A DNA stretch of 64,000 nt, from assembly GCA_963728075.1 (NCBI GenBank), contig CAVSIP010000001.1:147799-211798 (forward strand), in the 5' to 3' direction. Source of the stretch: an uncultured Actinomycetota bacterium (GTDB taxonomy: Bacteria; Actinomycetota; Actinomycetes; JAFAQI01; DASSKL01). The stretch's first letter is position 1; every line of letters starts with the position of its first letter. The notes below the pieces were generated by a model. The model searched no databases. It was not told where the DNA came from and saw only the letters and a list, made by a program, of their open reading frames with translations. The translations under genes and the position numbers were made by a program. This document shows, piece after piece, positions 8,277 through 17,418 of the stretch.

Positions 8277-9536
8277 TCACCCGGTGCCTCGCAGCGTCGC
8301 GACCAGCGTGTCGTACGCCTGGTCGAACCGGTCACCCAGCGCCGCGACCTGCCGCTGCCGCGAGATCGTGGCGTACGCCGTGGCCGAGCCGGCGCTCGAC
8401 AGCTGGTCCAGGGCGTCCGCGAGCTGGACGGTGACATCGTCGAGGTGCTGCGCCGGGGCGACGGCGGAGTCGGGGTAGTCCAGGGGGAACGTCCGGCTGT
8501 CGAAGTCGCGGAACGCGGATGCGAGGCGCGCGTCGGCCGCCTGGATGCACGGCAGCTGTTCGGGCGCGGACCGGCAGGTCTTCGCCTCGGACTGGAACCG
8601 GTCGATGCTGCGGCCGAGCGTGGCGTGCGCCGCATCCAGTGCGTCCAGCAGTGTGCTGCGGCTCGTGCCGGCGCCGGTGGACGACGGCACGGCCACCGCA
8701 ACGGCCTCGGCCGCCGCGCCGAGGAGCAGGAAGCCCGCGAGCAGCGCGGAGGCGGCCGGGCCCAGGCGCAGCGGCGCCCCGTGCCGGCCGGCGCCGGGGG
8801 AGTCGTCGTCCGTGGCGGCCGCCTGGTCCCCGAACAGGCCCCACGGGTACGTCGGCACGCGCAGCGTGGTGTACGCGTCGTAGCGCATCGCGTAGCGCAG
8901 TGCTGCCAGTGTGGCGAGGAAGGCGGGTCGGGGGATGCGGCCGGTGGCGAGCACGGTCAGCCAGATGACCACGGAGGACACGCACCAGCCGGCGGCGACC
9001 AGGGCCTGCACCACGGCCACAGGGACGGTGAGGACGGGCCGGAACAGCACCGCCCAGCGGTTCAGCGGTCCGGCCGCGGGCAGCCTCACGCGGACCGGGT
9101 GCGCGGTGTCGTGCCAGGCGAACGGCGGGTACCGGTCGGTCAGGAACATGAGGTAGCCACTCACCCGGGCCGCGTAGCCGGGCGTCGCTCCGAGGAAGCC
9201 CGCGATCCGGTCGGGGAGGCGCCCCAGCGCCAGCGCGGCGAACCATCCCGCCACCGTCGCCACCGCCGCGGCCAGGGACAGCGGCACGAGCAGCACCAGG
9301 TGTGGCACGGTCAGCGGCAGGCGGAACGCCACGGTGAGCCGGTTGCGGCGGAGGTCGTCCTCGACCGTCACCACCACCGGCACCGGCACCGGCTGCTCCG
9401 CAGGTGGGTCCGCGGTCACCGTCGGCGCGGTCGCTACCGCCACCGCGGCGCGTGGGCGCATCCGCCGGCGGCACGCGGGACAGAACGTGCGCGTGTCCGA
9501 CGCGCTGGTGCCGCAGTGCTGGCAGGAGATGGCCAC
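8277..9536 (-). CDS. zinc-ribbon + DUF4389-like membrane protein with C-terminal extracytoplasmic domain
   Basis: This is the C-terminal 420 codons of the 686-aa ORF. The GTG at 9536-9534 precedes CQHCG...CPAC. A DUF4389-like core follows: RLTVAFRLPLTVPHLVLLVPL...WFAALALGRLPDRIAGFL...YLMFLTDRYPPF. The upstream part of the ORF is shadow sequence that overlaps the next gene. Confidence 0.6.
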   Translation of the reverse strand: MAISCQHCGTSASDTRTFCPACRRRMRPRAAVAVATAPTVTADPPAEQPVPVPVVVTVEDDLRRNRLTVAFRLPLTVPHLVLLVPLSLAAAVATVAGWFAALALGRLPDRIAGFLGATPGYAARVSGYLMFLTDRYPPFAWHDTAHPVRVRLPAAGPLNRWAVLFRPVLTVPVAVVQALVAAGWCVSSVVIWLTVLATGRIPRPAFLATLAALRYAMRYDAYTTLRVPTYPWGLFGDQAAATDDDSPGAGRHGAPLRLGPAASALLAGFLLLGAAAEAVAVAVPSSTGAGTSRSTLLDALDAAHATLGRSIDRFQSEAKTCRSAPEQLPCIQAADARLASAFRDFDSRTFPLDYPDSAVAPAQHLDDVTVQLADALDQLSSAGSATAYATISRQRQVAALGDRFDQAYDTLVATLRGTG

Positions 9537-9565
9537 GGAGACCCAGTCTGGCAGAACGCGCCGGT

Positions 9566-10294
9566 TCAGAACCGGACCACGACGACGGTCACGGCGAGGG
9601 CCACCATCGCGTACGACGTCGCTTGCAGAGCGGTCTCCAGGGACCGCAGTGCGTCCTGCGCGCTGACCCGGCGCACCGTTCCGTCGTCGAGCGCGACGCG
9701 TGCGTCGACGTCGGTGGCGTGGCGGCGCAGCTGCCGGGCCGGGGTGCTCAGCGCGCACTGCGCCCAGGACAGGGCGAACGCTGCTGCCGCCGCCGGTACG
9801 ACTGCGGGTGGCAGCGTGAAGTCCTGCGCGTAGCACCCGACCACCACCGGGAACACGCCCCAGCCGGCGGCGAACCACACCGGTCCGTGCAGCCGGCCGT
9901 CGAACAGCTCCAGGTTGTAGCCGACGGCGAGCACCACGCCCGCCGCGACGAACGGCAGCAGGCGCAGCCCGCCGTACGCCAGTCCGAGTGCTGCCGCTGC
10001 GCCGATCCCGGCGACACCTGCGGCGAGCAGCCGGCTGCGCGGGATGCTCGTGCGCAGCGGCCGGTCGAGCGCCTCGTCCAGAGCGTGCGCGCCGACCCCC
10101 ACGGCGAGCAGGAAGGCCAGCACCGTCCCGCCCAGCCGCCACAGCTCCCGGCTCGGTGCCACCGCGGCGCCCAGCGCGACGTACGACAGGTGCCACACCG
10201 TGTACGGCGGGTGCAGCACGCTCAGCCAGTCGCGCCACTCGCCGTGCTCCCCGCCGGCCGCGTAGTAGGCGGGGCGGTGCAGCGTCCCGGTCAC
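9566..10294 (-). CDS. polytopic integral membrane protein, family unassigned
   Basis: This is the last 243 codons of the 886-aa ORF. The GTG at 10294-10292 overlaps the methyltransferase stop as GTGA. There are multiple hydrophobic spans (LSYVALGAAVA, VLAFLLAVGVGAHALDEALDRP, LLAAGVAGIGAAAALGLAY, VAAGVVLAVGYN, VWFAAGWGVFPVVVGCY). Confidence 0.6.
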   Translation of the reverse strand: MTGTLHRPAYYAAGGEHGEWRDWLSVLHPPYTVWHLSYVALGAAVAPSRELWRLGGTVLAFLLAVGVGAHALDEALDRPLRTSIPRSRLLAAGVAGIGAAAALGLAYGGLRLLPFVAAGVVLAVGYNLELFDGRLHGPVWFAAGWGVFPVVVGCYAQDFTLPPAVVPAAAAAFALSWAQCALSTPARQLRRHATDVDARVALDDGTVRRVSAQDALRSLETALQATSYAMVALAVTVVVVRF

Positions 10295-11043
10295 GGGCCG
10301 CCCGCCGCCTTGCGCCCCGACATGACGAGGCCACCACCGAGGCTCATCCGCCGCACCCGCACGTCGACGATCCCGGCGTCGCGCCACGCCCGGCGGTGGT
10401 CCTCGACCGGGAACCGCCGGTAGTGCCCGCTGATGCTCGGGCCGAGGAACCGGCCGACGCGCCACCACGCCGGCCCCCCGGTCAGCAGTCCCGCAGCAGG
10501 CAGGACCAGCCGGGTGTACAGCCACCACAGTCCACGCCACACCCGGTTCGGCGGGACGGCGAACTCCAGGCCGGCCAGCACCCCGCCGGGGCGTACGCAG
10601 CGCGCCAGCTCGGCGACCGTGGCGGCAGGGTCGTCGACGTAGCGCAGCAGGTACGAGAACGCCACCGCGTCGAGATCGGCGTCCCGGAACGGCAGCTGCT
10701 CCCCGCGGGCCAGCGCGAGGTGGACCCGGTCCGCGAGCCCCGCCGCGCGAACGTTGGACGCCCCCTGGCGCAGCATGTCCTCGGTCAGGTCCACGCCGTA
10801 CACCCGTGCCCCGGTCCGCCGCGCCAGCGCGAGCGCCACCCCGGCGGGGCCGGTGGCCACGTCCAGCACCCGGTCCGGCCGGCCCGCGGCCACTGCGTCG
10901 ACCACCGCTCGACGCCAGCGGCGGTCCTGGCCGAACGAGAGCAGGTAGGCAAGGCGGTCGTAGCGGGCCGGCAGGCCGCGGAAGACCCGGCGCGCGACCG
11001 CGTTGCCGCGCGACGGACCGGCCGACTCGGCCGCGGTCACCAT
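10291..11043 (-). CDS. class I SAM-dependent methyltransferase (UbiE/COQ5-like)
   Basis: 250-aa ORF. SAM motif I reads VLDVATGPAGVALALA. UbiE-like N-terminus reads YDRLAYLLSFGQDRRWRR. Post-I and post-II motifs read VYGVDLTEDML and FSYLLRYV. Confidence 0.85.
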   Translation of the reverse strand: MVTAAESAGPSRGNAVARRVFRGLPARYDRLAYLLSFGQDRRWRRAVVDAVAAGRPDRVLDVATGPAGVALALARRTGARVYGVDLTEDMLRQGASNVRAAGLADRVHLALARGEQLPFRDADLDAVAFSYLLRYVDDPAATVAELARCVRPGGVLAGLEFAVPPNRVWRGLWWLYTRLVLPAAGLLTGGPAWWRVGRFLGPSISGHYRRFPVEDHRRAWRDAGIVDVRVRRMSLGGGLVMSGRKAAGGP

Positions 11044-11104
11044 GTCCGGGTTCCCATGCCCGCAACGTAGCCCTGTTCCGGGACGGCCAATCCCGGGCAG
11101 GGAC

Positions 11105-12604
11105 GTGACATGCCCGCCTCGGACGTCGGCACGGCCGACGCGTGCCCCGACTCGCGCGAGCGAGTCTGCCCGCGGCGAGGACGTCGACGAGCGCTACCGC
11201 TGGGTCGCGTTGTCCGTCCTGCTCGTCGGGGCGTTCATGGTCATCCTCGACGTGACGATCGTGAACGTGGCCCTGGCGCGTATCGGCGTCGCCCTCGGCC
11301 GGCCGGAGCGGGTCGACTGGGTGGTCACCGCGTACCTGCTGGCCGTCGGGGTCATCCAGCCCGCCACGGGCTGGCTGGCTGACCGGTTCGGCAAGCGGCA
11401 GGTGTTCATCGCCTCGATGGCCCTGTTCACGCTGGGCTCCGGGCTGGCCGCGGCTGCCACGTCCCTGTGGATGCTCGTGGCGTTCCGTGTCCTGCAGGGC
11501 GTCGGCGGCGGCGCCATGGTGCCGGTGGCGCAGGCGACGATCTACGAGCTGTTCCCCGCGGACCGGCGCGGCACGGCGCTGGGTGTATGGGGGATCGCCG
11601 CCATGTCGGCGCCTGCCATCGGCCCGGTGCTCGGCGGCTTCCTCGTCACCGCGGCGAGCTGGCACTGGCTCTTCCTCGTCAACGTGCCGATCGGAGTCGT
11701 CGGCCTCGGGCTGTCCCTGCGGCTGTTGCGGGACACCGGGTTCCGGGAGCGCCGGCCGTTGGACTGGCCCTCGCTCGTGGTCGTCGCCGGGGGGCTCGCC
11801 GCGCTGCTGCTCGCGCTGTCGAGCGCGCCGCGCTGGGGCTGGGCGTCCGCGCGCTTCCTGCTCACCGCAGGTGCGGGCGTTCTCGCGGTCGCGGTGTTCG
11901 CCGTGCGCAGCCTGCGGGTCGCGAACCCGCTCGTGCAGCTGCGGATGTTCCAGGTCCGGGTCTTCGACCTCACCATGCTGGTGGTCTCGTTCGTGACGCT
12001 GGCGCAGTACGCCCGGATCACGTTCGTACCGCTGGAGCTGGAGCAGGTGCGCCACCTGGACCCGCTGCACGTGGGCTACCTGCTCGTGCCGTCGGCCTTC
12101 GGCGCGGCCTGCACCATGCCGCTCGGCGGGCGGCTGGCGGACCGCATCGGCGCGCGCGTCCCGGTGATGAGCGGGCTGGCGCTGATGGGCACCTCCACGG
12201 CGCTGCTCGCCACGCTCGGCCTGCACTCACCGCTGTGGCACGTCGCCCTGTACCTGGGCATCGGCGGGCTCGGCACCGGGCTGTCGATCATGCCCAACGC
12301 GGTCGTGGGCCTGAACTCGCTGCCGACGCGCTGGGTCTCGCAGGTGACGGCCGTCCGCTCGCTGGTCCGGCGGATCGCCGCGTCGCTGGGCATCGCGGTG
12401 CTGATGTCCGTCGTGCTCGCCCAGCTCGGTGGGCGGTCGCCGGCGAGCCCGGGGGTGGCCGCCGCTGCGCAGGACGCGTACCGGTGGGTGTTCGTCATCG
12501 CCACTGCCGCGGTGGTCCTGTCGATCCTGCTCGCGTGGTGGCTGCCGGGGCGGGACGAGGCGCGGGAGCTGCAGCAGGCGCGGGCGGCCGAGTCGTACGA
12601 CTGA
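11105..12604 (+). CDS. MFS transporter, DHA2 (EmrB-like)
   Basis: The ORF is 11003-12604. The conserved part begins at RYRWVALSVLLVGAFMVILDVTIVNVAL. I prefer the in-frame GTG at 11105, because the ATG at 11042 would abut the divergent methyltransferase start at 11043. The start is uncertain. Confidence 0.8.
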   Translation: MTCPPRTSARPTRAPTRASESARGEDVDERYRWVALSVLLVGAFMVILDVTIVNVALARIGVALGRPERVDWVVTAYLLAVGVIQPATGWLADRFGKRQVFIASMALFTLGSGLAAAATSLWMLVAFRVLQGVGGGAMVPVAQATIYELFPADRRGTALGVWGIAAMSAPAIGPVLGGFLVTAASWHWLFLVNVPIGVVGLGLSLRLLRDTGFRERRPLDWPSLVVVAGGLAALLLALSSAPRWGWASARFLLTAGAGVLAVAVFAVRSLRVANPLVQLRMFQVRVFDLTMLVVSFVTLAQYARITFVPLELEQVRHLDPLHVGYLLVPSAFGAACTMPLGGRLADRIGARVPVMSGLALMGTSTALLATLGLHSPLWHVALYLGIGGLGTGLSIMPNAVVGLNSLPTRWVSQVTAVRSLVRRIAASLGIAVLMSVVLAQLGGRSPASPGVAAAAQDAYRWVFVIATAAVVLSILLAWWLPGRDEARELQQARAAESYD

Positions 12605-12712
12605 GCGGCCGGGGACGTTGCAGGCCCGCGTTGTGCGGGCGAGCGGATCGCGCATGGCGACGCGCCCGACCGGCTGGCCGACTGACCGCGGCCAGCAGGC
12701 GATGATCGCCGG

Positions 12713-13315
12713 ATGCCGGATGACATCGGGGTGGGGCCGCACCCGGGCCCGTGGCCCGACGACCCGCGGCTGGACCCGGACCTGCTCGCGCACGGAGACC
12801 GGCGCAACGTCGTCGACGCCTACCGGTACTGGCGCGAGGACGCGATCGTCGCCGACCTCGACCGTCGGCGGCACCCGTTCCACGTCGCGGTCGAGAACTG
12901 GCAGCACGACCTCAACATCGGTGCGGTCGTTCGCAACGCGAACGCGTTCCTGGCGGCGGCCGTGCACATCGTCGGCCGGCGCCGCTGGAACCGGCGCGGC
13001 GCGATGGTGACCGACCGCTACCAGCACGTCCGCCACCACGCGGACGTCGAGGCGCTGGCCGGTTGGGCCGCGGGGGAGGGGCTGCCGCTCATCGGCATCG
13101 ACAACCTGCCGGGCTCGCGGCCGTTGACCGCTCACCCGTTGCCGGACCGGTGCGTGCTGCTGTTCGGCCAGGAGGGACCCGGCCTGTCCGCGGACGCGCG
13201 CGGCCTCGTCGACGTGGTGCTGCACATCCCGCAACACGGCTCGACCCGGTCCATCAACGCCGGTGTGGCGTCCGGGATCGCCATGTACGAATGGCTCCGC
13301 CAGCGGCTGGAGTAG
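12713..13315 (+). CDS. SpoU/TrmH family RNA 2'-O-methyltransferase
   Basis: 200-aa ORF. SpoU motifs: NIGAVVRNANAF, LLFGQEGPGLS, IPQHGSTRSINAGVASGIAMYEW. Confidence 0.8.
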   Translation: MPDDIGVGPHPGPWPDDPRLDPDLLAHGDRRNVVDAYRYWREDAIVADLDRRRHPFHVAVENWQHDLNIGAVVRNANAFLAAAVHIVGRRRWNRRGAMVTDRYQHVRHHADVEALAGWAAGEGLPLIGIDNLPGSRPLTAHPLPDRCVLLFGQEGPGLSADARGLVDVVLHIPQHGSTRSINAGVASGIAMYEWLRQRLE

Positions 13316-13325
13316 CGTCCGCGCG

Positions 13326-15605
13326 GTGAGCATCCTGGGCACCCGCGTCGTGCGCACCGAGGACCCGAAGTTCCTGACCACGGGCGGGACCTACGTCGAC
13401 GACCTACGCGACCCGCTGCTCGAGGGCGCGGCGCACGTCACGTACGTCCGGTCCACCGTGGCCCACGGCCGCATCCTCGGCGTCGACACCGACGAGGCCC
13501 GGCAGGCGCCCGGTGTCGTCGCGGTGCTCACCGCCGCGGACGTCGACCTGCCCGACCACCAGCCGCGCGCGCTGGGGGTCAACCCCGAGTTCCGCCGTCC
13601 GTGGCTGGCCCGCGACGTCGTGCGCTACGTGGGCGAGCCGGTCGCCGTGGTCGTCACCGAGGAGCGCTACCAGGGCGAGGACGCCGCGGAGCTCGTCTTC
13701 GTCGAGTACGAGCAGCTGCCGGCCGTCGTCGACCTCGAGGACTCCCGGTCCGGCACCGCGCTGCTGTTCCCGGAGCTCGGCACCAACGTGTGCGCGGAGT
13801 TCGACGAGGGGCGCGACGACGACCTGTTCGCGGGCTGCGAGGTGGTGGTCAGCCAGCGCGTCGTCAACCAGCGCGTCGCCCCCGTGCCCATGGAGGTCCG
13901 CTCGTCGGCCTGCGCCTGGCAGGGGGACCGGGTCACGGTCTGGTCGGCCACGCAGAGCGCCCACGGCACTCGATCCGCTGTCGCAGGCGCCCTGGGCATC
14001 GAGCAGGCCGACGTCCGGGTCATCGCGCCGGACGTCGGAGGCGGGTTCGGCGCCAAGAACGGCGACTACCGCGAGGAGGTGCTGCTGCCCTGGCTGGCGC
14101 GCCGCATCGGGCGCCCGCTTCGGTGGACCGAGCACCGCACCGAGAGCATGACCGGGCTCGGCCACGGCCGGGCGCAGGTGCAGCACGTGACGATCGGCGG
14201 CCGCCGCGACGGCACGGTGGAGGCCTACCGGCTGGAGATCGTGCAGGACGCCGGCGCCTACCCGGGCGGCGGGGCCTTCCTGCCGTTCCTCACCCGGCTG
14301 ATGGCGCCGGGTGTCTACGACATCCCACGCCTGGAGAGCCGCGCGGTCAGCGTGGTGACGAACACGACGCCGGTGGGCGCCTACCGCGGTGCCGGCCGGC
14401 CGGAGGCGACGGCCGCCATCGAGCGGGCCATCGACCTGTTCGCGGCGGAGATCGGTGCGGACCCGGCGGACGTGCGCCGGCGCAACGTCGTCGCCGGGGA
14501 CGCCTTCCCGTTCACGACCAAGGGCAACGCGACGTACGACACCGGGGACTACGTCGCTGCGCTGGACATGGTGGTCGCGGACGGCGGGTACGCGGCCCTG
14601 CGGGAGGAGCAGCGTCGCCGGCGGGAGGCCGGCGACCCGGTGCAGCTGGGGCTGGGGCTCTCGGCGTACGTCGAGATCACAGCGGGGGACAGCTTCGCGG
14701 GGGAGTACGGCAGCGTGTCCGTCCAGGACGACGGCCGGGTTCTCGTGCGTACGGGCAGCTCACCGCACGGGCAGGGGCACGTGACGTCCTGGAAGATGAT
14801 TGTCGCCGAGGAGATGGGCGTCGCGATGGACGACGTCGCGGTCGTCTTCGGCGACACCGACGTGGTGCCGCAGGGTGTCGGCACGTGGGGGTCGCGGTCG
14901 CTGCAGCTCGGCGGCACGGCCGTGTACACGGCCTCGACCGAGGTCGTGGAACGCGCCCGGGCGCTCGCCGCCGACCTGCTCGAAGCCGCGCCCGAGGACG
15001 TCGTGCTCGACCGGTCCGTGGGGCGCGTGCACGTCACCGGCGACCCCGACTCCGGGTTCGGCTGGGCGGAGCTGGCGCGCGCCGCCACGGAGCGGGGCGC
15101 GGAGCCGCTCGCCGCCGACGTGCACTTCAAGCCCCAGGGGGCGACCTTCCCGTTCGGTGCGCACCTCGCGGTGGTGGAGGTCGACACCGGCACCGGCCGG
15201 GTGGTGCTGCGCCAGATCGTGACCGTTGACGACGCCGGGCGGGTGCTCAACCCGCTGCTCGTCGAGGGGCAGCGGCACGGCGGCATCGCGCAAGGCGTGG
15301 CGCAGGCGCTGCTGGAGGAGTTCGTGTACGACGCGGACGGCAACCCGCTCACGACGAACCTGGCCGACTACGGCATCGTCACCGCGACCGACCTGCCGAG
15401 CTTCACGCTGCTGGACATGCAGACCCCGACCCCGCTCAACCCGCTGGGAGCAAAGGGCATCGGCGAGGCCGGCACCATCGGGTCGACGCCCGCCGTGCAG
15501 AACGCCGTCGTGGATGCGGTGGCCCACCTCGGGGTCCGGCACATCGACATGCCGCTGACGGGGGAGCGGGTCTGGCGGGCGCTCCGCGACGCAGGGAGTG
15601 GCTGA
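13326..15605 (+). CDS. xanthine dehydrogenase/CO dehydrogenase family molybdopterin-binding large subunit (form-II CoxL-like)
   Basis: The GTG at 13326 gives VSILGTRVVRTEDPKFLTTGGTYVDD. The active-site loop VGAYRGAGRPEA (about 14379-14399) is the AYRGAGR form-II motif. The protein is about 760 aa. No Fe-S or FAD subunit gene is adjacent. Confidence 0.85.
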   Translation: MSILGTRVVRTEDPKFLTTGGTYVDDLRDPLLEGAAHVTYVRSTVAHGRILGVDTDEARQAPGVVAVLTAADVDLPDHQPRALGVNPEFRRPWLARDVVRYVGEPVAVVVTEERYQGEDAAELVFVEYEQLPAVVDLEDSRSGTALLFPELGTNVCAEFDEGRDDDLFAGCEVVVSQRVVNQRVAPVPMEVRSSACAWQGDRVTVWSATQSAHGTRSAVAGALGIEQADVRVIAPDVGGGFGAKNGDYREEVLLPWLARRIGRPLRWTEHRTESMTGLGHGRAQVQHVTIGGRRDGTVEAYRLEIVQDAGAYPGGGAFLPFLTRLMAPGVYDIPRLESRAVSVVTNTTPVGAYRGAGRPEATAAIERAIDLFAAEIGADPADVRRRNVVAGDAFPFTTKGNATYDTGDYVAALDMVVADGGYAALREEQRRRREAGDPVQLGLGLSAYVEITAGDSFAGEYGSVSVQDDGRVLVRTGSSPHGQGHVTSWKMIVAEEMGVAMDDVAVVFGDTDVVPQGVGTWGSRSLQLGGTAVYTASTEVVERARALAADLLEAAPEDVVLDRSVGRVHVTGDPDSGFGWAELARAATERGAEPLAADVHFKPQGATFPFGAHLAVVEVDTGTGRVVLRQIVTVDDAGRVLNPLLVEGQRHGGIAQGVAQALLEEFVYDADGNPLTTNLADYGIVTATDLPSFTLLDMQTPTPLNPLGAKGIGEAGTIGSTPAVQNAVVDAVAHLGVRHIDMPLTGERVWRALRDAGSG

Positions 15606-15939
15606 TCCGCGTGCCGGCGCTCGCTCCGGCGCGTACGGTGCGGGGGTGGACGTCGACGTCGCCGCGGTTGCCGGGCGCACCACGGTGCGGGTCACCGGCG
15701 AGCTCGACGTCGCGACCTGCGCCGACCTGGCCGCGGCGCTCGCGGTCGTGCTGCGCCGTACCGGGGCCGTCCGGGTGGATCTCGACCTCGCCGGCGTGAC
15801 GTTCCTGGACGCGACCGGGTACGGCGCGCTGGTCGCCGGCCTGCGCACGACGGGTGGGACTTCGCCGTTCGTGGTGGCGGCGTCCGGGCCGGTCCGCCGG
15901 CTCCTCGTGCTGTTCGGCGACCTGGACCTGGCCAGCTGA
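15598..15939 (+). CDS. STAS-domain anti-sigma-factor antagonist (RsbV/SpoIIAA-like)
   Basis: 113-aa ORF reading RVTGELDVATCADLAAAL...VRVDLDLAGVTFLDATGYGALV. The GTG start at 15598 overlaps the coxL-like stop (15603-15605) by 8 nt. A later GTG (about 15653) is possible. Confidence 0.75.
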   Translation: MADPRAGARSGAYGAGVDVDVAAVAGRTTVRVTGELDVATCADLAAALAVVLRRTGAVRVDLDLAGVTFLDATGYGALVAGLRTTGGTSPFVVAASGPVRRLLVLFGDLDLAS

Positions 15940-15948
15940 GCCGTTGGC

Positions 15949-16878
15949 TCAGGTGCCCGCGAGCCGCTCCACGACAGGTGCGAACGCCGCCATCGCGTCG
16001 GAGCTCACCACCCAGTAGCTGAACCCCCAGCGCTCCCGGCGGCGCTGCAGGTCCTCGCACAGCTCCTCCACCGTGCCGGCCAGCACGATCGGGATGTCCA
16101 GCGCCACGTCGGGGTCGACGCCGAACATGCTTGCCATGCCTTCCGCGACCTCGCGGCGGTTCGGCGCCACCATCACGAACGAGGTGTGGCACTGCATCTC
16201 GAGCTCCCCGAAGCGGTCGCCGGCGGCGTCGCGGACCCACTGCACCCGCTGGTCGAAGCGCTCCGGTACCGCTGCGGCGGCGGCGGCCTGGTCGGCGGCA
16301 CCCGAGCGCAGGGAGGTGTTGAAGCCGACGATGTCCGCCTCGCGCGCGGCGATCGACAGCACCCGCTTGCTGCCGCCGCCCACGCAGATCCGCGGGTGCG
16401 GCCGGGTGTGCGGTAGCGGCTGCCCCACCGCCTGGCTCAGCGTGTAGTGCTCGCCGGTGAAGTCCACCGGCTGCCCCGACCACAGGCCCTTGAGCACGGT
16501 CAGCGCCTCGGCCATCCGGTCCACCCGGACGCCCGGCTCGTCGTACGGGATGCCCGACTGCTCGTAGTCGGTCCGCATCCAGCCGGCGCCGAGCCCGAAC
16601 TCGACGCGGCCTTCGGTCACCAGGTCGAGGGTGGCGACCTCCTTGGCCAGCTCCATCGGGTGGCGGAAGTCGTTGTCGAAGACCAGCGCGCCGACGGTGA
16701 GCCGTTCGGTCGCCTCCGCTGCGGTGGCGAGGGCGACGAACGGCCCCCACTGCTCGCCGAAGTGGTCGGGGACGTAGAGCGTCGAGTAGCCCATCGCCTC
16801 CACGTCGCGGGCGCGGGCTCGCCACGTCGCGGCGTCGGGGGCGTGGCTGGTCTGGACGGCGAAGCGGAAGGGGGCCAT
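15949..16878 (-). CDS. LLM-class (luciferase-like) F420-dependent oxidoreductase
   Basis: The internal ATG at 16878 gives MAPFRFAVQTS...GYSTLYVPDHFGEQWGPF...VEFGLGAGWMRTDYEQSGIPYD, typical of TIGR03560-type LLM proteins. Confidence 0.8.
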   Translation of the reverse strand: MAPFRFAVQTSHAPDAATWRARARDVEAMGYSTLYVPDHFGEQWGPFVALATAAEATERLTVGALVFDNDFRHPMELAKEVATLDLVTEGRVEFGLGAGWMRTDYEQSGIPYDEPGVRVDRMAEALTVLKGLWSGQPVDFTGEHYTLSQAVGQPLPHTRPHPRICVGGGSKRVLSIAAREADIVGFNTSLRSGAADQAAAAAAVPERFDQRVQWVRDAAGDRFGELEMQCHTSFVMVAPNRREVAEGMASMFGVDPDVALDIPIVLAGTVEELCEDLQRRRERWGFSYWVVSSDAMAAFAPVVERLAGT

Positions 16879-16903
16879 GCGGCGGATCGTAGGCGCCCGC
16901 ACA

Positions 16904-17356
16904 ATGGCCGTCGTGGGACGGCTGACCGACAGCATCGTCGTCGCGGCGCCGGTGCGTGCCGTGTTCGCCTACGTGGACGACTGGCGCAACATCGTGCACT
17001 TCCTGCACGGGCTGCGCCGGTGGGACCCGGTCGCCGGGCAGGAGCACGGTCTCGGTGCCACGTTCGAGGTGGAGCTCGAGGTAGGACCGGTGCGCGAGCG
17101 TTCGCTGGTGGAGGTCACCGCGTGGGAGCAGGACCGGCTGATCGCGTGGGAGTCCCGGGAGGGGTTCCGGCAGTCGGGGCGGTGGGTGTTCGCCGCCGAC
17201 GGCGCCGGCACCCGGGTCGACCTGGAGATCGAGTACGTGCTCCCGGGTGGCATCGCCGGACGGCTGCTGGCCAAGACGGCCGAACCGCTCGCGCACCACC
17301 AGGCACGCGCCTCCCTCAGCGACCTGCGCAAGCAGGTCGAGCGGCAGGGCGGCTGA
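16904..17356 (+). CDS. SRPBCC (polyketide cyclase/START-like) family protein
   Basis: The sequence MAVVGRLTDSIVVAAPVRAVFAYVDDWRN...WESREGFRQSGRWVF...LEIEYVLPGGIAGRL fits the SRPBCC pattern. The start could be 16877 or 16904. Confidence 0.7.
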   Translation: MAVVGRLTDSIVVAAPVRAVFAYVDDWRNIVHFLHGLRRWDPVAGQEHGLGATFEVELEVGPVRERSLVEVTAWEQDRLIAWESREGFRQSGRWVFAADGAGTRVDLEIEYVLPGGIAGRLLAKTAEPLAHHQARASLSDLRKQVERQGG

Positions 17357-17418
17357 ACGGACGGGCGCCTCTTGCGCTCCCGCGGGGACCCGGCCAGGCT
17401 GCCGGCAAGGAGGCAGCC

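Noticed and set aside
5675-8701. N-terminal extensions of long composite ORFs. Examples are 5675-8701, 8277-10337, 9566-12226, 50359-53778, 55135-57117, 44338-46467, 16447-17865, 18920-20299 and 56640-58334.
   Set aside because: The upstream parts overlap neighbouring real genes and read as Arg/Pro-rich nonsense. Recognisable family sequence begins at internal ATG, GTG or TTG codons placed just after the neighbour's stop. I trimmed to those starts.
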